Below, piece after piece: positions 13,108 to 24,295 of a stretch of 59,776 nucleotides of DNA (positions are counted from its first letter, which is position 1; every line of letters starts with the position of its first letter). Under the pieces are notes generated by a model. It had not been told where the DNA came from. It did no database searches and worked only from the letters and a program-made list of their open reading frames with translations. Origin of the DNA: Chiloscyllium plagiosum (lineage: Eukaryota); NCBI RefSeq assembly GCF_004010195.1, contig NC_057751.1, positions 1,664,635 to 1,724,410 of the forward strand. Reading direction: 5' to 3'. The position numbers and the translations under genes were made by a program.

Positions 13108-13233
13108 GGAGGAAGTGAGGACTGCAGATGCTGGAGATCAGAGTCGAGAGTGTGGTGCTGGAAAAGCGCAGCAGGTCAGGCAGCATCTGAGGAGCAGGAG
13201 AATCGACATTTTGGGCAAAAGCCCTTCATCAGG
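13108..13233 (-). mobile_element. 126-bp monomeric hammerhead-bearing element (family A) with 15-bp TSD
   Basis: Flanked by aagaaaagaaccaag at 13093-13107 and 13234-13248. The minus strand starts cCTGATGAagggcttttgcccaaaatgtc. Confidence 0.85.
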
Positions 13234-13513
13234 AAGAAAAGAACCAAGTCAAGTTATAAAGCAGTGAGATCAGGCTGTTGTAATCAGGCTGACACACCTA
13301 TTGAGCAGTGGTTTTCAGATTGTGCCAACTCAGCAGTTCACCGCATAAAAGGAACCTGTTTTCCTGAGCCAGAGGACAGGCTGAAAGAGACAGAGGGCCA
13401 GGTGAGCTGGGGACAGAGCAGAACAGAACAGAGAGTCAAACAGTGAACAGGAAAGATGTGATTCAGTGCTTTCCTCAGTGCAAGTGTTTCATCAATATTC
13501 ATTCTTTTCCCAG

Positions 13514-13631
13514 ATGAATTGGAGTGACTGGCCTACAATGAACAAAAACAATGGGAAGCAGGCCTCAAAGAAGGGGAAAAGCAATCTGATGACAATGGAG
13601 GAGAACACACTGTACGGCACCCGAGCAGCAG
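13514..13631 (+). CDS. DOK2: DOK2-like linker exon (probable exon 3; 118 nt, phase 0/1)
   Basis: Acceptor attcttttcccAG at 13512-13513 and donor gcag|GTaaat at 13632. Encodes MNWSDW...MEENTLYGTRAA; MEENxLY is the conserved DOK PH-PTB linker motif. Phases fit both neighbouring exons. Confidence 0.9.
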
Positions 13632-13754
13632 GTAAATCCCACAATGCAGCTGTCAAAGCCGAAAGAGGCATGGCCCTTTTGTCAGAATACTGCTGGCGGG
13701 TGGAAAAGGCTGACAGTGGGATTTCTGCCCTTCAATAGGAGGAGCTTCCTGTGC

Positions 13755-14430
13755 AGACAGAGGAAACAGGGGCAGTGGGAGGTCATTCAGCCCTTTGAGC
13801 CTGCTCCTCTGCTCACTGAGATCCTGCCTGATCATCCAAGCGAACAGCCTATTCCTGCCACTCACCCATGTCCTTTGATTCTTTTAGCCTCAAATAGTGT
13901 ATCCAACTCCTTGAAATCAGACAGTGTTTTGGCCTGAAATGCTTTCTGTGGAAGCGAATTCCACTCTCGTCCATCTCTGGGTGAAGACATTTCTCCTCGC
14001 CTCAATACTAAAAGGTTTACCTTGTATCCTGAGACGGTGTCCCCAGATTCTGGGCAGAGGGAACAGCTTTCCTGCATCTGTCCTCTGTCCTCCTGTTAAG
14101 AGTTTTATTGGTTTCTGTGAGATCCCCTCCCTCCCCCATTCCTATGAATTCCAGTAAATAGAATCCCAACCAATTCAACCTCTCCTCATACATCAGTCCT
14201 GGCATTCCAGGAACCAATCTGATAAACCCTGACTGCACTCCCTCAACAGTCAGCTCAACCTTCCTCAGATAAGGAGAACAAACCTGTACACAATAATTAG
14301 GTGTGCCCTCACCGAGGTAAGACAGCCCTGCTCTTGTACTTGAATTCTCTCGCTCTTCTTCACCATCCTCGGTGATTGGTGTATAAGGACACCAGATCTC
14401 ATTGCACATGCCCTTCTCTCATTTATAGCC
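13755..14430 (-). mobile_element. CR1 LINE 3' fragment
   Basis: Minus-strand remnants YCVQVCSPYLRK...GLMYEERLNWLG. Confidence 0.85.
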
Positions 14431-14514
14431 ACCCTCTAGCATGGACCTCACAGGGGCCACTGCTGAGACCATGTTCCTGCCGAAAGAAGAGTAGACAGGC
14501 ATCAGCAGAGTCCT

Positions 14515-14790
14515 GCTGTGAGATTAGAGTGTCCAACTTCAAATGGAATTATGGGAGAATTCCTTCTCTCAGAGGCTCTTGATCTTTTGAAATTCTCCAT
14601 CCCAAACAGCATTGAGGCTGGGGTCATTGAATCACTGAATATAGTCAAGGCTGAGGTGGAGAGATATTTGATGGACATGGGAGCTAAGGGTTATTGGCAG
14701 GGGGCCTGACAGGAAGGTAGCTTTATTGCAGAGTGGAGTACATTCAATGGGCTGAATGGCCCTCTCCTGCTCCAATTTCACATATTCAAA
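14515..14790 (+). mobile_element. CR1 LINE 3' fragment
   Basis: Encodes IEAGVIESLNIVKAEVERYL, followed by the tail gggctgaatggcctctcctgctcc. Confidence 0.7.
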
Positions 14791-15377
14791 TGGGACCAGA
14801 GCTGACGCAAATGGGAAGGGCACAACCTGAAAACAGGGCAGGAGCTGAGAACCTTAAAGGAAATGGAGGCAGCACAAATTAATAGTTGAGTAATACAGGA
14901 AGCGAAACAACGTTTTTGCTTGTGGAAGGTCTTGGTGCTCGCTGCCATGGATTGATAGATTTTTTAAATTGGTTTGTGGTGAATCTTTGCATCGAACCAC
15001 AACAAGGAGAGGAGCAACAGCTCTGATCTGTCAGAATATAGTGTTCAAATGAGAGTCAGGCCATTCTGGGGTGATGTCAGGAAACTGAAGGCTAGTATCT
15101 CTCCTCAAACTCTCTGCTTGCACAAAGCTACTGATGGTAAAATGGAAATGCCCAGGCTCAGATGGATAGATTTTAACAAGGCAAGGGAATTAAAGGTTGG
15201 AGTTCCAACACGGCTGAATGGACAGATGTACTGTGAACACGCTCTTTTATCCAGCTCTATCTTTTGTCCCTTTATTCTGTCACCAAGATATTAAGTAAAG
15301 TTTATGAGTTTCTTTCTCCTACTGTGAGCAATTTGACCTCAGTCTGGCTGAAAGCAGGAGCATTTGCATTTATTTTG

Positions 15378-15412
15378 TCTCCCTCTCTCTTTCTCTCTCT
15401 CTCTCTCTCTCT
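15378..15412. repeat. (CT)n microsatellite
   Basis: tctccctctctctttctctctctctctctctctct. Confidence 0.9.
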
Positions 15413-15444
15413 GGGCGAGGCAGGGTAAAGAATTATGGGATTGA

Positions 15445-15860
15445 GTGGGTAGTCACAAGGTAGGATTCTTACCTCGTGATCCAAAGGACAGGGACTCAAA
15501 CCGTCCTTCAGAGGGTGAGGCACCGAGCCCAGTCCAGTTCCCTGAGTAAAGAACAGAAGGAGTGCTGCACTCATGGAGGGATGACCTTTTGGATGAGAGG
15601 ATTGTCACTGTCTCAGGTGGAAGGATCCTAAGGACATAACAGAAATATGAAAGGGAAACTCTCTGGCCAATGTTCTTTCCTTTACTGACTGCAACAAAAG
15701 AAAGGATCTGGCCTATTATACCCATGGTGAACTGGTGTGTGCAACTGGGTTGCACTATCTTCTGCCTTCAACATTTCATAGGGACATCACTGGCTGGAAA
15801 ACATGTCGTGACATCCTGAGGTTGTAGAAAGGGAGCTCTTTCAAGCTGTCCTTTTTTTTG
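15445..15860 (+). mobile_element. Old DeuSINE (SacSINE1-like) copy
   Basis: gaaggagtgctgcactcatggagggatgaccttttggatgag...tctcaggtggaaggatcc...ctggccaatg...gacatcctgaggttgtagaaaggg. Confidence 0.6.
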
Positions 15861-16959
15861 AATCCACTTTCTACAAAGTGGTTTCTTGAAGTGGTAGTGA
15901 AAAAGATGCTCCCACGGAGATCACGTGACTGTCTCACTGGCCCCACGGTTTCATGAGTTAACAGAGGAACTGACTCATTGTGGGGTGGAAACTCTTTCTC
16001 ACCGCACACTCTGCTTTGTTCAGTGTTGCTGGAACACGGGGAGCAGTTGAACTGAATGGGAGGAAGTTACAGCACACAAGACCATGTAACCTGTTGAGCT
16101 GCTCTCAGCTTTCTGCAAGGACAGTTTGGCCCATTGTACGTCCCCACCCTCTCTGCACCTTGGAAATTGTTCCTTGTGAAATCTGCTGACTGGACGTGTC
16201 TCCACTGAAGTGTTGCTGTCAAAACAACAGCAGAATGACAAACCTGCAGGTCTCATAGTCAGTGTCTCTGACCCAGTTGAACAATGCTCTGTCATTGTAG
16301 CTGCAGTGGAGAGCTCATTCTTTCTTGATCAGCCTCCAGAAATGATTGATCCTTTGCACGTGAACTGCAACCATTGTAACACTGTGAGCTCTACTCTGTG
16401 AGATCTTTGTTGTGCCCTGGGTTGTCTTCTCCCCTCAGACACCTGATGGTGCACTGTCAATTTCACCCTGTGCACCATTGAGCAGGGGACACTGTTGGGC
16501 TGTGTTATACAAAGGCATTAGGAATGTGGCCTGTTGGCTGTACAACCAGTGAGAGACCTGTGTTGCTTCCTGCAGGAAGCACGGCTGCTATTATGTGTCA
16601 CCCAGGCATCAAAATGACCACGAGGAGGTCTTTTCCAGGATCAGTGGGAGCAGGATTCTGACTGGAGAGTCCGTGGAAACCTACTAAGCATGCCTGGTTT
16701 TAGCTGAGGTGTGACTCCAGACTGACAGCACTGTGCTTGGTTTAACCACTGTGTCGTGTGGCCAGTGAAGGCACTCTGCAGTTTTGATGCTGGGATTTGG
16801 TTGGAAGTCCACCACACTGTGGGTGAAAGGTCTCTTTCTGTGGTGTCTACAGTGGGGAGAGTGTGGAGTTGTGGCAATGTCACTGGCCTTGTTCACCACA
16901 AGCTAATTCACATCCCACTCTTCCAGAAGGAAAAGCCAGTAAAACTGGCAAATGGCACA

Positions 16960-17088
16960 TTCCTGAAGAAAGGCTTATGCCCGAAACATCGATTCTCCTG
17001 CTCCTTGGATGCTGCCTGACCTGCTGCGCTTTTCCAGCAACACATTTTCAGCTCTGATCTCCAGCATCTGCAGTCCTCACTTTCTCCT
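16960..17088 (+). mobile_element. 129-bp monomeric hammerhead-bearing element (family A) with 10-bp TSD
   Basis: Flanked by aaatggcaca at 16950-16959 and 17089-17098. Begins ttcCTGAAGAaaggcttatgcccGAAAcatc. Confidence 0.85.
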
Positions 17089-17992
17089 AAATGGCACACA
17101 TTGGTCTGACCTGTCTTGTAGACTTCACAATGGAACTCCGGTATGATTATTTTCCAGTTCCACTGTCCTTTCCACTGTCTGGGTTCCCTTCTGGAGGAAT
17201 TTAAATTCCACTCATACCATTTGGAACAGAAATCAATTCTTAGCAATTGTGAAATTGAAACGACCATTGTTGGTCTTAAGAACCTCTGTACTTCATGATA
17301 AGTTGTCAATGACCCCAGAGGACCACAGGGCTGCTTTCCTGTTACACAGAGATGACCCATTGATCATTTAGTCTGAGGATCACCATACCTTTGAGTTTGG
17401 GAAGACATGACGTTTGTCATGACCACTGTCAGTCTAGGATGTTAAGCTGTGCTGTTGCTGTTACCCTGCATTGTAAACTAGCCATAGCCAACTGAGCTCA
17501 ACGACCATGACCTCATTGATATCCACTATTTAAGTCTGCTGTCCTGAACTGGTTTGGTCGACGCTTGACTCCAGACCCACAAAAATATGGTTAACTCTTT
17601 TACTACCCTCTGAAAGATCTGAACAAGCCACTCGGGTTGAGGGAATGACTGATGATGGTCCTACCAGTTACACCCATGCTCCACAAAAGGGGAAAACGAA
17701 AGGAATGACCCACTGGCCCAGGATGGGTCAGAAATTATGGTCTTGCTCATTATGCCACAATCCTGAGTATGATTCAAACAACATGCCTCATTGGCAGCTT
17801 TCCCTTCCTCTCAATCACAGAAAGCTGAGAGTTGAAGCAAACCCCAGCACTGACCACAAAGAACAAGTTGGAGACAAACCTTTGCTGAGAGGTGTCTCTC
17901 CTGCCTGCTGCTCCCACTTGGGATCTGCAGCTATCCCCAAAAAAACACATCATTTCACTCCAACTGGAGAGACAGCATATTCAGAGATGGAT

Positions 17993-18102
17993 AGGAGAGA
18001 GAGAGAGAGAGAGAAGCAGAGAGAGAGGGAGAGAGAGAGAGACAGAAGAGGGTGGGGAGAGAGAGAGGTGGAGAAAGAGAGAGAGAGAGAGAGGGGGAGA
18101 GA
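17993..18102. repeat. Imperfect (GA)n microsatellite
   Basis: About 110 bp of gagagaga with interruptions; source of the spurious RERERE and SLSLSL ORFs. Confidence 0.95.
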
Positions 18103-18674
18103 TAGGCATCTGTTTTGTTTTCTGTCTGACAATTTTGGCGTCTCTTGTGCTTTTCTGTGCAGTTTTTTTCTGACATGGCGAGAGTGACAGTGCTGAGTGA
18201 TCGAACAAGAATGTGTCGGACATGGAAAATGTGCAAGGGCGTATTGTGCCCCATGTTCAATATCCACCGACCAATATTCAATGAGGGAGACGTGTGAAGA
18301 GCATGAAGCACATGAGTGAGCGGGTGGTAACTCAAGGGGATAGTGCTGCCATTGAGATGTACTGGTCCCCTGTTTAACAGCTCTTTGTCCTCATTGTTGG
18401 TGCATGGCTGTGGCAAAGGGCCAGGGTGCAAATGGCAAGCCACTTGCTTCATCTCTGCCCACCCTGTCAGTTCCACAAAGTGATGTCCTTCCTGCAAAGG
18501 CAATGGGCTGAATTTTACTGGGCACCGTTGTCCTCAATCCCTGGGGAAGAGGTTGGTGGTGACACACTCACTCACCATGCCAGCTACCCTGGAGCCTCAT
18601 GATGACTTTCCCAAGGCTACAATGTATGATTGTTGCGCTGAATGTCTGCGTGTTATAGACAGATTCCAAGACAC

Positions 18675-19870
18675 ATAGAAAACAGGAGTAAGACTAGGCC
18701 ATTCAGTCCACCAGCCATCCATGATGATCACAGCTGATCATCCAATTACAGCTTGTAGCCATTCTCCCCCGTATACTTAGCCACAAGTGATACATCCAAC
18801 TCCTTAAAAACACACAATGTTTCATCCTCAACTTTGTAGGAGCAGTTTCCACAGGTTCACCACTCTCTGGGTGAAGACATCTCCCTTCATCTCTGTCTTA
18901 AATAATTTACCCTGTCTGCTTAGACTGTGACTCCTGGTTCTGGACTTCTCCAACATTGGGAACATCCTTCCTACATCCAAACTGTCACATCCTGTTAAAA
19001 AATTACGCGGCTCTCTGGGATCCCTCCACCTCCCGTGTGTGAATGCCAGTGAACGGACTCAATCTCTCCTCATATACCAGCCCTGCCATCCTAGGAATCA
19101 ATCTGGTAAACCTTCACTGCAGTCCCTCGATAATACAAATTCCTCAGATAAGGAGAACAAAGCTGCAGATAATATTCCAGGAGTGATCTCACCAGGGCAC
19201 TGTATAATTGCAGCATGACATCCTTGTTCCTGAACTTGAATCCTCTCAACATATCATTTACCTTCTTAACTCCCTGCAGTACCTACACGCTTACCTTCAG
19301 GAACTGGTGCACAGGCCACTCAAGTCTTCTTGCACATTTCTCACTCTCAAATTTTCGCCATTCTGATCACAAATTACCTTACTGTTCCTGCTACCAAAAT
19401 GGGTAACTCCACATTTGACCATATGCCACTGCACCTGCCATGCATTTGCCCACTCCTTCAGCTAGCCCAGATCACACTGCAGCATCTCTGCATCCTCCTT
19501 GCTCACAGCTCACCCAGATTTGTGTGGTCCGCAAATCTGAAGATCTTACATTTCGTCCCCTCATCTAAACTATTTGTACATATTGTGAATAGCTGGGGTC
19601 CGGGTACAGAGCCCTTCGCTACCCCAATATTCTCTGCCCGCCATTCAGAAAAAGACTCATTTATTCCGACATGTTGTTTCGTGTCTGTTGACCAGTTTCC
19701 TGTTCAGCTCAATCAACTACCCCCAATTCCATTGCTTTAATTTTACACATTCATCTCTTCTGTGGGACTTTGTCAAATGCATTCTGAAAGTCCAAACAAA
19801 CCACACCCACTGCTGTCCCACATCAACTCTACATTCACGCCCTCAAACAGTTCCAGATTATCAATCATGA
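18675..19870 (-). mobile_element. CR1 LINE RT and 3' fragment
   Basis: The + strand shows tttgtgtggtccgcaaat (reverse complement of the FADDT-like motif), gaatagctggggtcc, and the typical CR1 tail ggccattcagtcc. Confidence 0.85.
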
Positions 19871-20319
19871 TTTTTAGCCGTCTCATTTCCTTACATCCAT
19901 TTCTAAATTCTCTTGATTTTGTTTGACATGATTGTCATTTGTTTTTCTGAATCTTCTCCTTCTTCCGGACCTGTAAAAGGTTCGGCAATCTGTTTTTATT
20001 CCTTCTGAATTTACACTCCCATTCTGGTTGGTCTCTCTTTATTTCGGAGATTCTTCATCGTCCTTTGCTGAAGGTTCAAACATTTCTAGTCCTCAGGCTA
20101 ACTACGTTCTATAAGCTTCATCTTTTGATCAATCTTGAATTTGTTTCCTTTGCCACAGTTTACATAGTTTTTTTCTGTTCCGTTTTAATGTGGAATTAAG
20201 TGTGACTGTTCAAAAGGATGCTTTCGGGAATGTGATTAATGTACGTTTGTGTGAGGGACGGAATTACAAGAGCAAATATGCACAGATTTTGTGGGAAGCA
20301 AATAATTTGTCTTAGTCGA

Positions 20320-20750
20320 GGGATTCCTGATCACTGCTGTGACCAACGGCACACACTGGCTCTCAATCAAGCAACATCTTGATTTTGAATTTCTCACCCT
20401 CTTTCTGAATCCATCCAAGGCTTTGCCCTTCCCTTATCTCTGTGACCCATTCCAGGCTCACAACTCCACAAGGTAGATGCTGTGCTCCTGTCATCAGCTC
20501 ATCACTGACACACTTCAACGACTGGACCAGATTTTAGTTGTGTAGAGATCACGTCCCTTCACCTCTCTTTCTCTCTCTTCCTCACTCCCAACCTTCAAGA
20601 CCCTCCTTCATACCAAAGCCAGTAGCATCTGACTGAATATCTTCTTCTGTGGTTTGGTCTTGTCCCTTTTCTCCTAAAGCTTCCAGGAACTGCCTTGGGA
20701 CATCTCATTCCTTTCAAAGTGCCATACAATTGAAATGTGTTGTTGAATCA
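20320..20750 (+). mobile_element. L2-like LINE 3' fragment
   Basis: cacactggctctcaatcaagcaacatcttgattttgaatttctcaccct...aaagtgccatacaattgaaatgtgttgttg. Confidence 0.55.
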
Positions 20751-20867
20751 AAGGTCAGAATTTAGCCCTTTGAGACTGTTTAACTCACTTCCATTTACCT
20801 GCATTCGTGACTGAGAAGATCTTTCACCAAAACAGAAGTGTGGGAAAACAGTTCCAAGTCTGCTGAT

Positions 20868-21160
20868 TGACTTAGATTAGATTCCTTGCAGTGTAGGGAC
20901 AGTCCCTTTGGCCCAACATGTCCACACCAACCCTCCAAAGAGTAACCTAAGCAGACCCATTGCCCTCTGACTAACGGGCAATTTACCATGGCCAATTCAC
21001 CTGACCTGCACATCTTTGGACTGTGGGAGGAAACCGGAGCAAACCTGCACAGACATGGGGAGAATGTGCAAACTCCACGCAGACAGCCACCCGAGGCTGG
21101 AATTGAACCCGGGTCCTTAATGTTGGGAGGAAACAGTGCTAACCACTGAGCCACCATGCT
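20868..21160 (-). mobile_element. HE1-type V-SINE
   Basis: Full tRNA head, V-domain and tail gggccaaagggactgtccctacactgcaaggaatctaatcta on the minus strand. Confidence 0.9.
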
Positions 21161-21659
21161 GCCTGTTTCAGGAGCAAGGATCTGGTTGGAATAAGGGAAC
21201 TGGTTCAGCATTAGTTTGGGGAAGGATGGAGACTCAGGTAGCATCCATCAATAGGACAGCTGGTGACCATCACTTCAGGTCAGCTCAGGTCACACTTTAT
21301 ATGGTGAAGCACTGTCTCCATGGTAGTGTTGGAGGAGTCTCTCCCTGCTCTGTATTGACTAGACACACTTCAGTGAACAGTTCTGCTTCCCAAGACCTGC
21401 TTCACATCAGTCTCTGAGCACAACAAAGGGAAGCTGCCTGTCAAGCCTGACTGTGACCATCCGCACTCCCAGAAGAGCACGGCAGCTTTCCCAGGTCTCC
21501 GGGTCACATTGCAGAGACCATACAATCTGGTCCTTGTGACTTTGATATTTGTGGGAGTTTGTTGTGAACTGATTGGCTGCTGTGCCCAGGAAGCTGACTT
21601 TAGGAGTAAAGAACCCAAAACTCATGCCTCAGCTCCATTCAATCCTTTAATTTTCCAAC

Positions 21660-22520
21660 TGAGGAGAAGTGATTGTCAGATTGACAGGGTGATGAAGAAG
21701 GCCTTTAGCACCCTTGCCTTCATTGCTCCAACCTTTGACAATAGAAGTTGGGGTGCTATGTTGGGTTAGCGTCAAGATTAGAGTAGTGCTGAAAAAGCAC
21801 AGCAGGTCAAGCAGCATCCAAGGAGCAGAAGGGCTTTCGCCCAAAACGTCGATTTTCCTGCTTCTCGGATGCTGCCTGACCTGCAGTGCTTTTCCAGCAC
21901 TACGTTAATATTGACTCGAACCTCAGCATCTGCAGTACCCACTTTGGCCATGTTATGTTGAGGACCTACAGGCTGTTGGTGAGGCCCCTTCTGGAGTACT
22001 GTGTGCAGTTCTGCTCACCCTGTTCTCAGAAGGATATTATTAAACTGGACCGGGTTCAGTGAGGATTGACCAGGATGTCGCTGGGAATGGAGGGTTTGAG
22101 ATATGAAAATAGAAAATATGGAAAGACTGGAACTTGTTTCGCTGGAGTGTCGGAGCTTGAGGTTTATACAATAATGACTGAATTCAAATTTAAAAAATCA
22201 TGAGGGCCATAGATAATGACAATGAGTTCAAGAGCAGGGGGCTTACTTTTAAGATAAAAGAAGAGAGATTTTAAAAGGACATGAGGCACAATTTTATATT
22301 TTTGCACTGAGTATGGTTTGTGTGTCGAATGAACTTCCAGAGGAAGTGATGGATACAGGTATAGTTAGAATGTTTAAAAGACATTTGGATCAGTACATGC
22401 ATAAGAAATGTTTGGAGGGATATGGCCAAGCGCAGTCAGGTAGGACTGGTTTAGTTTGGGATTATGTTCGGCATGGAGTGGATGAACTGAAGGGTCTGTT
22501 TCTGTGCTGTCCGACTGTGT
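21660..22520 (+). mobile_element. CR1 LINE fragment interrupted by a family-A hairpin at about 21770-21950
   Basis: Encodes QIDRVMKKAFSTLAFI, then ggtgaggccccttctggagtactgtgtgcagttctg after the insert, then NELPEEVMDTG. Confidence 0.85.
21770..21950. mobile_element. Palindromic family-A hairpin element nested in CR1
   Basis: Arms gtagtgctgaaaaagcacagcaggtcaagcagcatcc and ggatgctgcctgacctgcagtgcttttccagcactac; centre gaagggctttcgcccaaaacgtc. tatgttg on both sides is a possible TSD. Confidence 0.75.
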
Positions 22521-23049
22521 GACCCCAGGTGAAAGGGGTGTTGCTGTAGTTGGAGGCACAGACAGTTTCAGGGGGGCTGTGAGGAATTTGAGCAAGCAGT
22601 GCTGCATTAAGTTGCAGTTAGAGTTGGAGACAAGTGAATTTGTGCAAACGTTTGAGACACACATGCATACGTCATGGAAAGGCTTTTGGTGAAGTGGCTT
22701 TCTTGGTTTCCTGCTTGGTGCCTCATTCGTGTGCTCAGGAGTTTCAAATCATGCAGGGCACAGCCGGACTGCAGTTGAACCTGGGCTGACCAGGCAATGT
22801 CGAAACTGACCACACGTCAAAGGGGAAAATCTACACTTGTATTTCAGATCGATGCTAAGTACAGAAGAACCAAAATTTTCCTTTCAGAGGTTGAAATGTT
22901 TGTCTTCTACATGTTTCTCTCTCGACTGAGGACAAAGAGAGTGAGAAGAGTTTTGCAGTCAGTCAAAGGAAATCTGAAAAAAATATCCCTTGCTATTTGC
23001 ATTTACTGTGATAGCTGGTCCCAAGTTAATGGGAGTTACAGGTTTACAA

Positions 23050-23816
23050 TAGAGAGTCACAGAGATGTACAGCACGGAAACAGACCCTTCGGTCCAACCC
23101 GTCCATGCCTTCGGTCCAACCCGTCCATGCCAAACAAATATCCCAACCTAATCTAGTCTCACCCGGCCAGCACCCGGCCCATATCCCTCCAAACCCTTCC
23201 TATTCACATACCCATCCAAATGCCATTTAAATGTTGCAGTTGTACTAGCCTCCAATAATTCCTCTGGCAGCTCATTCCATACATGCACCATCCTCTGCGT
23301 GAAAAAGTTGCCCCTTAGGTCTCTTTTATATTTTTCCCCTCTCACCCTAAACCTTTGCCCCTCTAGTTCTGGACTCCCCCACGCCAGGGAAAAGACTTTG
23401 TCTATTTATCCTATCCATGTCCCTCATGATTTTATAAATGTCTGTAATGTCACCCCTCAGCCTCCAGGGAAAACAGCCTCAGCCTGTTCAACCTCTCCCT
23501 ATAGCTCAAATCCTCCAACCCTGGCAACATCTTTGTAAATCTTTTCTGAACTCTTTCAAGTTTCACAACATCTTTCCGTTAGGAAGGAGCCCAGAATTGT
23601 ACGCAGTATTCCAACATTGGCCTAACAGCCACAATATGACCTCCCAACTCCTGTACTCAATACTCTGACCAATAAAAGAAAGCATACCAAACGCCTTCTT
23701 CACTATCCTATCTACCTGTGACTCCACTTTCAAGGAGCTATGAACCTGCACTCCAAAGTCTTTTTGTTCAGCAACACTCCCTCGGACCTTACCATTAAGT
23801 GTATATGTCCTGCTAA
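23050..23816 (-). mobile_element. Young CR1 (HER1-like) LINE 3' fragment with a 22-bp tandem duplication at 23086-23131
   Basis: Encodes YKRDLRGNFFTQRMVHVWNELPEE and SQVDRIVKKAFGMLSFIGQSIEYRS; ccttcggtccaacccgtccatg occurs twice. Confidence 0.92.
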
Positions 23817-23867
23817 GGGGGGAGGATCGTAAGTGTCCATGATTCTTCACTGACACTCATCATTGCT

Positions 23868-24090
23868 TCAGAGTCAGCATGTTGAAGGTTCAAGGTATGA
23901 TCTTTGCTGAAACTCCACGTAAGGGAATGAGGGTCGGAGGATCAGTACTGAAGGAGTTCTGTACAGTCAGTCTACCATTTGTAGATGACACATTAAACTA
24001 ATGCATTGTCTTCCCTTACAGTGGAAGACAGACCAGCCATTATTTTGAAGAGAAGTGGGGGAGCTTTCCTGGGTGTCATGATAAATACTT
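23868..24090 (+). mobile_element. Old DeuSINE (SacSINE1-like) fragment
   Basis: gcttcagagtcagcatgttgaaggttcaag...cagtactgaaggagttctg...tattttgaagagaagtgggggagctttcctgggtgtc. Confidence 0.55.
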
Positions 24091-24111
24091 AAAGACAATG
24101 GATGTAGTGAT

Positions 24112-24295
24112 TGTAATGAGGTCAGCCAAGTTGACCTTACAGAATTGGAGATCCCTGTTTGAGGCTGTTAACCTGGTTCAATCAGGGAGCCTTGGCTGAC
24201 AGGTAGAAGCAGGAGTGGCAGGGATCCTGTTCACTCTGGGAGTTGGCTCTGAGGGAGCTGCTTCAGTGTCAAGGACTCTCCATGTGGAAATAAAC
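24112..24295 (+). mobile_element. Solo LTR-like repeat, copy 1
   Basis: Starts TGtaatgaggtcagcc; aligns along its length with 39696-39904 (ggagtggcagggatcctg.tcactctggga...gtcaaggact). Confidence 0.6.

Noticed and set aside
13012..13446. 144-aa ORF in intron 2
   Set aside because: Runs through the family-A insertion and its TSD (KKRTK duplicated); no splice or homology support.
17645..18503. 180-aa and 182-aa ORFs with RERERE or SLSLSL tracts
   Set aside because: Artefacts of the (GA)n microsatellite.
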